This document shows, piece after piece, positions 47,940 to 55,999 of a DNA stretch of 64,000 nucleotides (the stretch's first letter is position 1; the number at the start of each line of letters is the position of its first letter). This DNA is from an uncultured Candidatus Saccharibacteria bacterium (GTDB lineage Bacteria; Patescibacteriota; Saccharimonadia; Saccharimonadales; CAZDQS01), in assembly GCA_964507855.1 (NCBI GenBank), contig CAZDQS010000005.1:6599-70598 (forward strand), given 5' to 3'. Position numbers and translations under genes: made by a program. Under the pieces are notes generated by a model that made no database searches, had not been told where the DNA came from, and saw only the letters and a program-made list of their open reading frames with translations.

Positions 47940-49366
47940 TTCTTGAGCTCCATCAAACTCTGCGCCCGCATCTGGTCGCGTATTTTCGGATAGTCCGCTT
48001 CACTCTTCACCTTGGCAGCAAAGGCCTCGGCGTTTGTTTTCATCGTCTTGATATCCAGCACATCGCCTTCTTTAACATTCAGCACAATGTCCATCATAAG
48101 CTGTTGGGCCATCACGCTATAGGATTCGCCCGGAGCTTGTGTCAGCAACTCGATTACCCGCCGGCCGGTATCAAGATCCTTCCTAGCCGCCAAAGCCAGC
48201 TCCGAACCGAAATGCGAGAATTCAACCGCCTGGTGGTAGGTAGCAAATGCCCGAAGCGTCTGGGCTGCCAGTTGTTTCTGCCGCTCATTATGACCACGGC
48301 CACCAACGCGCGTCACGCTCAAACCGACGCTCAGCGCTGGGCGTAACCCATCGCGGAACGTATTCATATCAAGTATCCACTGCCCGTCGGTCATGGACAT
48401 TATGTTGGTGGGCAGATAGGCAGTAATGTCGCCGCTGGCGGCGAGTACAATCGGTAAGCTGGTGAGCGTCTTGTGGTTGCGCTTCAGCTTGCCGGCGCGC
48501 TCGATGAGGCTGGAGTGGGTATAGAACATATCACCGGGGTAGGAGTCGCGCCCCGGGCTCACACCAGCCAGCAAAGAGATTTCGCGGTACGCATGGGCGT
48601 GGCTTGTCATATCGTCATAAACAATAAGTGCATCGCGGTCGCACGCCTGCCACAGGTACTCCGCCATGGCGCAGCCGACATAGGGCGCCAGATAGCTCGT
48701 AACGAGTGATTCGAATAATGTAGAGACGATGACGACTGCGTTTTTAAGCGCATCATTTTCTTCAAGTCGGGTCAGCAGCATGTCAACATCACTGCGCCGC
48801 TTGGCAATAAGCACGTATACAACGACCATGTCGCGGTCTTTCTGGTTGATTGCCAGCTGGGTAGCAAGTGTGCTCTTACCGGACTTGCTGTCGCCTAAGA
48901 TTGCGATGCGCTGGCCCCGCACGAGCGGAAACAATCCATCTATGATTGTCACGCCGCTCTCGAGCAGCGTATCAAGCTGCTCACGCTCATAAATCGGCGG
49001 CGCTTCATTGAATACCGGCCAGACCGTATCTGCGGCTATCGGCCCTTTGCCGTCCAAAGGCTCGCCCGATACCGAAATAACCCTCCCAATAAAATCTTTT
49101 CCGACTTTTGAAACAAGCTCGCTGTGCTGCATCACGACTATCGAGCCTACTGCCGGGCTCGACGACCCCAAGTGCAACACGACAACGTGGTCTTCATAGA
49201 TATGGTGGACATACCCTTTGCTACCGTCATCAAACATAACGAGCGCGTGGGTATTAGTCGGGTGCAGCCCCTTTATTTTAACCAGGAATTTCTCCACGGC
49301 CACGACTTCGCCCACCGGGTTACCCGCCGCGACGAGCCGATCAAAATGCCGGTTCTCACCCCCCAC
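47936..49366 (-). CDS. atpA: F-type ATP synthase subunit alpha (diverged)
   Basis: 476 aa. Has the P-loop [11 protein letters not shown], and also [35 protein letters not shown] and ITAYLPTN. Confidence 0.9.
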
Positions 49367-49861
49367 CTAGGCTGCCTCCCTGATTTTTTCGAGTAAGAGC
49401 GGCCGGCTGCGAACCAAGTGCTGTCGCAGGCTCAGGTCAAAATATTTATTCGGTGTCCGCACAATACACCCGGCAGCGATGCTAGGCTGGAGACCGACTT
49501 GCAGCAATATTAGGGGATGGATCTCCCGGCGCAACCATATCACCAGCTTGTTCGTAAATGCTGGCGATGGATCAGAGGCAAAACTCATGTGTATGACCGG
49601 CGCGTTCTCTTTTATGTCCCGCAGGAATTCCAGCAGACGGGCCCGGTCAGCCTCTTGCAGCAAGTTCAAGCCGTTCTCTCTGGCCAACTCTTCGAGCAGG
49701 CGACTGGAACGCGGCAACTGCATAGGCGTGCCGGGTTGGCGAACCGCCGCTTGGGCCAAATATTCATCGGTGCTCTCCAACTCACGCAACAGGCGGGCAA
49801 TGTCTACCTTGCCCACCACCAAGGTCGGCAACTTCAACGCGCGCGCCTCGTCACGCTCCAT
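49367..49861 (-). CDS. atpH: F-type ATP synthase subunit delta (OSCP-like)
   Basis: 164 aa, in the expected position between atpF and atpA. The C-terminal pattern VIHMSFASDPSPAF...L......L.L.VGLQPSIAAGCIVRT.NKYFDLSLR..L resembles the delta consensus. Confidence 0.7.
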   Translation of the reverse strand: MERDEARALKLPTLVVGKVDIARLLRELESTDEYLAQAAVRQPGTPMQLPRSSRLLEELARENGLNLLQEADRARLLEFLRDIKENAPVIHMSFASDPSPAFTNKLVIWLRREIHPLILLQVGLQPSIAAGCIVRTPNKYFDLSLRQHLVRSRPLLLEKIREAA

Positions 49862-50486
49862 TTTTGATATCCTCGATTATTTCTTTTTTGTTGGCCTCGA
49901 GGTCACCCAAGATGTATTCCAACTGGTCTGTCAGGTCTATCTCATTCCCAATTGCCGATTCGACATAGTGGTTGATGATGTCCGCCATGTTAGCTTCAAA
50001 GCGGGCTATCAGGCGAGCCTTCTCTTCGGCTACCTGGTGCTGCAATTCATCGTGCAGAATCTGCCGCTGCTGGTCAATCGCTTCCTGGGTCTTGGATATT
50101 GAATCGATTGCCAACTGTTTTGCGTCAGTGATAGATTCTTCGTACTTAGAGAACTCCTCTTTCAGCGTTCGGGTAATCTCCTGCTTCATGAAGTCGTTGA
50201 GCTGGGAAGTGGTCAGGCGCAGGTCCTGCTGGAGGAACATAGCGTTTTCGCCAATGATGTTCTCAAAGTGCAACCGGCCACGGTTGCGGAGCTCCTCGCG
50301 AAACTCATCGTTAAAAATCCGCTCAACATCGTGCTCGGCGGCTTCCGTTAGGGTTTGGCCGGCCGATTTTGTGCTGTGGTGCGCCCCATGGCCGCTGTGC
50401 AGCTTAATAGCGACCCAGACAAACGCAGCGCCCGAGGTGATGATACTACCGACAATCAGTGCTAGTTCAAAAATGCTCAATGCCAC
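49851..50486 (-). CDS. atpF: F-type ATP synthase subunit b (long form)
   Basis: 211 aa. It has one N-terminal TM helix (IFELALIVGSIITSGAAFVWVAI) and then a long charged coiled-coil-like region. It sits upstream of atpH. Confidence 0.7.
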   Translation of the reverse strand: MALSIFELALIVGSIITSGAAFVWVAIKLHSGHGAHHSTKSAGQTLTEAAEHDVERIFNDEFREELRNRGRLHFENIIGENAMFLQQDLRLTTSQLNDFMKQEITRTLKEEFSKYEESITDAKQLAIDSISKTQEAIDQQRQILHDELQHQVAEEKARLIARFEANMADIINHYVESAIGNEIDLTDQLEYILGDLEANKKEIIEDIKNGA

Positions 50487-50503
50487 CCACCTCTATCTGT
50501 TCT

Positions 50504-50689
50504 TTACGCGCTCAGAATCTCTGCGTTTGGATGCAGGGTGGTGGCGGTGCCGGGGAGCGCAAATGAGGCGTACGTCTCGTACGGTGAATGCGCACCGGAA
50601 GCACCAACGCCGCCCTGCGCCAAAACCATTCGCAAAGTGGCCGGCTGTGCCGGGCAATTGGCGAATGGGGCGCAGAGGTTCTGGTTCAT
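50504..50689 (-). CDS. Doubtful 61-aa ORF in the GC-rich spacer upstream of atpF
   Basis: Its ATG overlaps the TGA of the upstream 278-aa gene (ATGA), which suggests translational coupling. The peptide MNQNLCAPFANCPAQPATLRMVLAQGGVGASGAHSPYETY... has no TM helices and no recognisable motif, so it is not a c subunit. Confidence 0.25.
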   Translation of the reverse strand: MNQNLCAPFANCPAQPATLRMVLAQGGVGASGAHSPYETYASFALPGTATTLHPNAEILSA

Positions 50690-51522
50690 AGCTTCAGTAA
50701 TAAATATACCGCAAATATACCGCTTATGAAAATAATTAAGCTCGTCAAGATTACCTGCAAGAGTCCCCGTAAAATAGCTGGCTTTGACAACGGATTGCGG
50801 CCAATCGAAACAATGCTGCTGCGCACACCGGCGTAGAGAATACTGCCACCGATAATTGAGCTTACCAGCAACACGGCCAGGCCAACGTAAATACGGATAT
50901 CACTGACCGGTTCGCCCGCCAGCGTCTCTGCCGCCCGGTGCAGCACAGCAGGCAAACGTGAGCCTTCCGTACTTGACTGCGGATTACGCACCACCGACAG
51001 GTCTACCGGTATCCGGCCAATCTCAACCGACCTGCCATTATCCAGCTGCGTCGTACTCACTACCCTTTCCGTACCATCGAACGCCTCGAGGGCTTTGCCA
51101 ATAACGACTGTATGGCGTGCATCCGCTTTCATGCCAATACCCCTGACCGAAGAGGCGGTAATCTGCTCACCAACGCCAATCGGCCCGTTCTCATCAGAGA
51201 CAAGCACGTCAAACCGCCCGGTTGTCGCCACAAACACCTGTTGCCCTTCCTCGGACAGCGTGACTGGCGCATCATTCGGGTTGACGACGATGCCATGCAG
51301 GCGGTCAATTTCATCATAAGAGGCCATCGACACTTTGGAGGTATCGTCTTGGTTGAGCACCACCAACATACCCCGCTGCAAAACTTCATCCGTACCATAC
51401 CCCTGTGTCACCGTCTGCGCGCCAAGAGGGTTTGCAAGACTCAAGAAGATCAATAGCCCAAGCAGAACAAGGGCGAATAGACGGGAAGCACGTAACCAGT
51501 TTGCAATTTTTGTCTTGACCAT
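50686..51522 (-). CDS. Secreted/membrane protein with a C-terminal two-helix hairpin resembling an ATP synthase c subunit but lacking the ion-binding carboxylate
   Basis: 278 aa. It has a signal peptide (LFALVLLGLLIFLSLANPLGAQ), a soluble domain of about 190 aa and then a hairpin: IYVGLAVLLVSSIIGGSILYAGVRSSIVSIGRNPLSKPAILRGLLQVILTSLIIFISGIFAVYLLLKL. Compare the c-subunit loop ..ARNPSLK../..ARQPE... Confidence 0.7.
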   Translation of the reverse strand: MVKTKIANWLRASRLFALVLLGLLIFLSLANPLGAQTVTQGYGTDEVLQRGMLVVLNQDDTSKVSMASYDEIDRLHGIVVNPNDAPVTLSEEGQQVFVATTGRFDVLVSDENGPIGVGEQITASSVRGIGMKADARHTVVIGKALEAFDGTERVVSTTQLDNGRSVEIGRIPVDLSVVRNPQSSTEGSRLPAVLHRAAETLAGEPVSDIRIYVGLAVLLVSSIIGGSILYAGVRSSIVSIGRNPLSKPAILRGLLQVILTSLIIFISGIFAVYLLLKL

Positions 51523-51575
51523 AACAGGTATCTAACGAGCATTATACCGCCATCGGCCCGACAATAACAGTAGCG

Positions 51576-52721
51576 TTATGAGAGGCAGTTTTTAAGAGTC
51601 GTCACGACTGTCTCCACATCGTCCGCGGTCGTACCCCGCCCCATTGTGAACCGCAGCGAAGAGCGGATGGATGCTTCGTCGAGCCCAATAGCCTGGAGGA
51701 CATGCGAGGGCTCTTCATGAGCCGCACTGCAAGCCGAACCTGATGCGCACAATATCCCCTGCTCATCAAGCATAAACACCAGCTTTTCATTATCCTGACC
51801 AGGAATCGTCACATGGATGTTATTCGGCAAGCGGTGTTTGCGCGAGCCATTGATCTGCGCTGACGGGATAGTGTCAATCAGCCGCTGCTCAAAGAGCTGT
51901 TGCAGGGCTTTCATGCGCGCGCCCTCCTCAGACCGTTGGCTTTGGGCAAGTTCAAGCGCAACCGACAACCCGATTAAACCTGGTACATTCTCCGTTCCGC
52001 TCCTTAAGCCACGCTCTTGACCGCCGCCAGTAATCTGGGGTGACAAGGTAACGTGCGACTTAACAAACAGCGCGCCAGTTTGCTTGGGACCATAGATTTT
52101 GCTGCCATTGATCGTCATCAGGTCAACGCCAAGCCGGGAAGCATGCAGGTCTAAATAACTCGCCGCCTGCGAAGCATCGGTGTGAAAGTATAGCGGCAAT
52201 TTGTTGCCGGACTTTTTGCGCTTTTGTCGCAATTGCTCGAGAAGCTGGCCTATCTCTCGAATCGGCTGGATGGTGCCGATTTCGTTGCTGGCATACATGA
52301 TGCTCACCAGCACCGTCCGATCATCAACAGCACGCTCCAGCTCAGCCAAGTTTACCCGACCATTAGCATCGACACCGACTACCGTGCCGCCACTCTCTCG
52401 CGCCGGTGCAAGCGCCGCTTCGTGCTCTATTGCACTTACTATTACCTTCGTGCCCGGATACTGCTGCAGCACACCCCTGATAGCAAGGTTATTTGCCTCC
52501 GTGCCCCCAGCCGTAAAAATTATTTCACTCGATCGGGCACCTAAGACACGGGCTATCCGCTGCCTGGCGGCCTCAACATCCTGCCGCACTGCCCGTGCGG
52601 CGGCGTACTGTGCCGACGGATTATAGAACTTTTCAGTAAAATATGGCTCCATCGCGGCAAGCACTTCCGGCGCCACCGGCGTCGTAGCCGCATAATCCAT
52701 GTAAATAACTGGCTTGCCCAT
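51576..52721 (-). CDS. Cysteine desulfurase (class V aminotransferase, NifS/IscS-like)
   Basis: 381 aa. Contains YMDYAATTP, SAIEHEA and HTDASQA, the PLP-lysine context INGSKIYGPK, RSGTENVPG, and the active-site loop SGSACS. Confidence 0.9.
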   Translation of the reverse strand: MGKPVIYMDYAATTPVAPEVLAAMEPYFTEKFYNPSAQYAAARAVRQDVEAARQRIARVLGARSSEIIFTAGGTEANNLAIRGVLQQYPGTKVIVSAIEHEAALAPARESGGTVVGVDANGRVNLAELERAVDDRTVLVSIMYASNEIGTIQPIREIGQLLEQLRQKRKKSGNKLPLYFHTDASQAASYLDLHASRLGVDLMTINGSKIYGPKQTGALFVKSHVTLSPQITGGGQERGLRSGTENVPGLIGLSVALELAQSQRSEEGARMKALQQLFEQRLIDTIPSAQINGSRKHRLPNNIHVTIPGQDNEKLVFMLDEQGILCASGSACSAAHEEPSHVLQAIGLDEASIRSSLRFTMGRGTTADDVETVVTTLKNCLS

Positions 52722-52755
52722 GTGATTGTATTATCCTAGACCTTAGAGAGAGTCT

Positions 52756-53127
52756 CTAGGCAAAATTGTACAACTCTTTGTTGACGCGCTCACCGTACTG
52801 CTCAACAGCTTGTGCAAAATTAAGAAGTTCTTGCTTGGAAAGCCGCTGGTAGCCTTTGCCATCCTGAACCTTGAGGATTCCCGTCGGGCGGACATCATAA
52901 CGCGTGGTGCGGATTTTTCGCTTGCCGGTTTTGTCCAGCCACTCTTCATGCCATACCCAGGTATGTTCATCAAGACAAAAGAATTCTCGCCGCCCTCCCG
53001 GCGCAACCGGGCCAAAAACCTCCCCGCCGAGACGCGCCTCGTGACGGATGAGGTTGCGATACAGCTCGGCGCTGCGCTCCGCGCGACGCTGCTGCGAGAC
53101 AGATTTCACGAGCTTTTTGAAGATCAT
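52756..53127 (-). CDS. Hypothetical protein
   Basis: 123 aa. Its start overlaps the stop of the upstream ORF by 4 nt. No recognised motif (..FFCLDEHTWVWHEEWLDKTGK..). Confidence 0.5.
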   Translation of the reverse strand: MIFKKLVKSVSQQRRAERSAELYRNLIRHEARLGGEVFGPVAPGGRREFFCLDEHTWVWHEEWLDKTGKRKIRTTRYDVRPTGILKVQDGKGYQRLSKQELLNFAQAVEQYGERVNKELYNFA

Positions 53128-53456
53128 GCTGCAATACCCCTGTCAGTTTCTTCATCAGAGCGTCGCAATGGCATCACTTCAGCGGATTGGCTGGCAGCTT
53201 CAGCGGCTGCCTGTCGAGCACTACGCAACATTTCCCGCTGCTCCGGCTCAATAGCACGGTACTGCTCCATATCCATAACAGCAGCCTCGTGCGGCGCCTC
53301 CGGTACACGAGCCAGCTCTCCGCGCGCCTGCCTAACATCCGGCGAAGACACAACATTCGAAATCGCAAAACTAACCACAGTACGCCTGCGAAGCACCTCT
53401 GCGGGCACCGGCAGACGCTCTGGACCAAGGGTAGAATTAGGTTGCATACTGTTCAT
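53124..53456 (-). CDS. Hypothetical protein
   Basis: 110 aa. It is tightly packed between tatD (2-nt gap) and the downstream ORF (4-nt overlap). The sequence is low-complexity and rich in Ala, Glu and Arg. Confidence 0.4.
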   Translation of the reverse strand: MNSMQPNSTLGPERLPVPAEVLRRRTVVSFAISNVVSSPDVRQARGELARVPEAPHEAAVMDMEQYRAIEPEQREMLRSARQAAAEAASQSAEVMPLRRSDEETDRGIAA

Positions 53457-53458
53457 AA

Positions 53459-54235
53459 TTATTCAGCCTTCAGCCCAAATAACTTATGGGCGTTCCGGGT
53501 AGTCGCGGCTGCCAGATCCTCTAAGGCTTCATCTCGAAGACCTGCTAAAAACTCCGCTGTCACCCGCACATGTTTTGGCTCGCAAATTGTACCACGATAA
53601 GGGGTGGGAGTCAAGAACGGCGCGTCTGTCTCCAGCAGCAGCCTCTCGAGTGGCACCGCCTTAGCTGCTGCACGCTGTTTCGGGTCTTTGGTGAAGGTCA
53701 TGATGCCATTTAAGCCCACATACAGCCCTCGCGCCAGGACTTCTTCCAGCTCAGACGGTGAGGCACTAAAGCTATGCACAACCCCCCGGATGCCCTTATA
53801 CTCGTCAACTATTTTCCAGAAGTCAGAAAATGCGTCACGCACATGGAAAATCAGCGGCAAACCATACTCAACCGCAATATCGAGCTGGTAACGCAGCAGT
53901 TTTTTCTGATCATCCTTCGGTGAATGGGTATAGTAGTAATCAAGCCCCGTTTCACCGATGGCCACCACCCGCGGCTTATCCGCCAGACTGCGAAACCGCT
54001 GCAAGGCAGCTCCATCGTTGACGTAGATTTTTGCCTCGTGCGGATGGAGACCAATGCTGGCCCACACGTTGTCGTGACTTGCCGCAAACTCAATAGCGCC
54101 TGCGCTGTCCGGTAACGTGCAGCCGACGCAGATAAGTTTTTCCACTCCGGACTGCGACGCATTCGCAATAACTTCTTCCGAATCCAACTGATAGTCCGGA
54201 AAATGAATGTGGCAGTGCGTATCAACCAACTGCAT
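53459..54235 (-). CDS. tatD: TatD-family metal-dependent hydrolase/DNase
   Basis: 258 aa. Contains VDTHCHIHF, GLHPHEA, AIGETGLDYY, IFHVRDA, HSFS and LETDAPFL. Confidence 0.93.
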   Translation of the reverse strand: MQLVDTHCHIHFPDYQLDSEEVIANASQSGVEKLICVGCTLPDSAGAIEFAASHDNVWASIGLHPHEAKIYVNDGAALQRFRSLADKPRVVAIGETGLDYYYTHSPKDDQKKLLRYQLDIAVEYGLPLIFHVRDAFSDFWKIVDEYKGIRGVVHSFSASPSELEEVLARGLYVGLNGIMTFTKDPKQRAAAKAVPLERLLLETDAPFLTPTPYRGTICEPKHVRVTAEFLAGLRDEALEDLAAATTRNAHKLFGLKAE

Positions 54236-54237
54236 GG

Positions 54238-55683
54238 CTATTTCTGTTCGGGGGCATCATGTCGCGGGAACAAAGTTGTTTCCAGCGGACGAATGACACC
54301 TTCGGAGAAGACATATTTTATCTTTGCCGCTGTGTCCGGCATGAACGGCTCGAGCATATCGGCAATCTGCAAGAGGTCACTGATCTGGGCGGCAAGCACC
54401 TCACGGAGGTGCGTCATGTCGCCTTCTTTGGCAATCTCCCACGGCTTGGTCTCATCGATATAGTGGTTCAGCCCGCGAACTCTCTCCCAGACTTCATCAA
54501 GCGCCCGGTCAAACCGGCACTCCTCAAGCTCGTGATAATAGTGGGCAATGTCATGCTGTGCCGCCGGGATAACGCCAATAATACTGTTCTGGTATTTCTG
54601 GACCATTGCGGCAGTACGCTGAACAGCGTTGCCGAGCTGGTTCCCAAGTTCATTGTTGTATGCATCCTCCAACCGCTCCCACGAAAAATCCCCGTCCTCA
54701 TAGGAGGGAATGTGGCGCATAAAATAGTAGCGGAAGACATCCGCGCTGTACTTATCAACGATTTCCTGCGGAGATACGACATTGCCGATAGATTTGCTCA
54801 TCTTCTGTCCGTCAACGGTGATAAATCCGTGAACATACAGGGTCTTTGGCAACGGCAACCCGAGGCCCAAGAGCATACCCGGCCAAATGGCCGCGTGAAA
54901 GCGCAAGATATCCTTACCAATAACCTGCACATTAGCTGGCCAAAAGGCCTTGAAATCCTCGTGCTCTGGATAACCGAGGACCGTAATATAGTTCATGAGG
55001 GCTTCAAACCACACATACATGACTTGGCTGTCATCGCCCGGCACGGGGATTCCCCAACCGATCTTCTCCTTCGGGCGGGAGATGCTGATGTCTTCGAGCC
55101 CGTCCTTGATGACCTGAATAATTTCGTGCTTGCGGGTCGCTGGCACGATATGGAATGAGCCGGTTTCAATAGCGCTCAGGATTTCCGGCGCATACTGGGA
55201 AAGTTTGAAGAAATAATTCTCTTCCTCTATGCGCTCATAGGGTTTGTTGTGCTGGGGACAGACATTGTTGTTCTCTTTGGCGACAGCCTCCGTGACAAAC
55301 GCCTCACAGCCGGTACAGTACAGACCGACATACTTGCCCTTGTAGATATCTTTCGCCAGATTCTTCCAGATGATTTGTGCGCGCTGCTCGTGGCCTTTAT
55401 CGGTGGTGCGGATAAAACGATCGTTGGTGATATTCAGCAGCTTTTGCAGAGATCGGAAATGCTGGCTGATCTGGTCCGTATATGCCTGCGGGTCCAGGCC
55501 CTGCTCTTCGGCCTTTTCGGCAATCTTACCGCCATGCTCGTCAGTACCAGTCGTGAAAATCACCTGCTTGCCGGCTTTGCGGGCCGCGCGTGCCAACACG
55601 TCCGCATAAACGAGCTCCATGCCGAAGCCGATGTGCGGCTCAGCATTTACATACGGAATAGAGGTTGTGACGTAGTAATTCAT
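54238..55683 (-). CDS. metG: Methionine--tRNA ligase (short form without the C-terminal tRNA-binding domain)
   Basis: 481 aa. The class I HIGH-region variant is PYVNAEPHIGFG and the KMSKS motif is present in QKMSKSIGNVV. Also contains GTDEHG. Confidence 0.95.
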   Translation of the reverse strand: MNYYVTTSIPYVNAEPHIGFGMELVYADVLARAARKAGKQVIFTTGTDEHGGKIAEKAEEQGLDPQAYTDQISQHFRSLQKLLNITNDRFIRTTDKGHEQRAQIIWKNLAKDIYKGKYVGLYCTGCEAFVTEAVAKENNNVCPQHNKPYERIEEENYFFKLSQYAPEILSAIETGSFHIVPATRKHEIIQVIKDGLEDISISRPKEKIGWGIPVPGDDSQVMYVWFEALMNYITVLGYPEHEDFKAFWPANVQVIGKDILRFHAAIWPGMLLGLGLPLPKTLYVHGFITVDGQKMSKSIGNVVSPQEIVDKYSADVFRYYFMRHIPSYEDGDFSWERLEDAYNNELGNQLGNAVQRTAAMVQKYQNSIIGVIPAAQHDIAHYYHELEECRFDRALDEVWERVRGLNHYIDETKPWEIAKEGDMTHLREVLAAQISDLLQIADMLEPFMPDTAAKIKYVFSEGVIRPLETTLFPRHDAPEQK

Positions 55684-55831
55684 AATTCGTTAGCGCTCCG
55701 TTCTTCAGTCTAAAGTTTTGTTCAATAAATGTAAAAAGTTGCCTATGCCCCCATGGGCATCATACGTCGCGTCATTACTGAAAGGATTGCTATCATTTGC
55801 GGTCATTATAACAGATGTGGAGTTACTTGGC

Positions 55832-55999
55832 CTACTCACCAAAATCACTGGCAAGATGCCATAAGTTGCAGTGGGGACACTGGTAGGCCTTTGGCCTGCT
55901 GCCATAGTGCCACTGGCTTACCACAGCGGTCGCTTCAGCCTCTGCCTTGCTGTCAAACACCAGCTTATCAGCACACGGCAAGGGTGCGTCAGGTTCCAC
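55832..55999 (-). CDS. Small zinc-ribbon-like protein (55 aa), missed by the ORF track
   Basis: Manual translation from GTG at 55999 gives VEPDAPLPCADKLVFDSKAEAEATAVVSQWHYGSRPKAYQCPHCNLWHLASDFGE. The start overlaps the trehalase TAG by 1 nt (TAGTG). The C....F.S...A......Y.CP.C..WHL(T/A)S pattern recalls small proteins I have seen in actinobacteria and their phages. Confidence 0.5.
   Translation of the reverse strand: MEPDAPLPCADKLVFDSKAEAEATAVVSQWHYGSRPKAYQCPHCNLWHLASDFGE

Noticed and set aside
50520-50640. Possible SRP (4.5S) RNA, suggested by a CCGGAAGCAC segment resembling the GGAA tetraloop region of helix 8
   Set aside because: The flanking sequence does not reproduce the conserved symmetric and asymmetric loop motifs (for example GGAAGCAGCC pairing with ..GGCAG..). 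I could not fold a convincing helix 8 by eye. The region is kept only as an unassigned GC-rich spacer.
50686-51522. Calling the 278-aa protein ATP synthase subunit a or c
   Set aside because: It has only three hydrophobic segments and a large soluble domain, so it is not an a subunit. The c-like hairpin lacks the essential helix-2 carboxylate, so it is reported as c-like only.
54259-55158. A 299-aa plus-strand ORF
   Set aside because: It is antisense to metG and has no motifs. The same reasoning applies to 35395-36051 and 36268-36786 (antisense to alaS), 46297-47110 (antisense to atpD), 49479-50691 (antisense to atpH and atpF), 52810-53502, 56344-57429 (antisense to treA) and 57993-58722.
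55705-55905. A 66-aa minus-strand ORF in the treA-metG spacer
   Set aside because: It has no motif and no coupling signal. A different frame gives a 55-aa zinc-ribbon-like ORF whose GTG overlaps the treA stop, and I consider that the better candidate.
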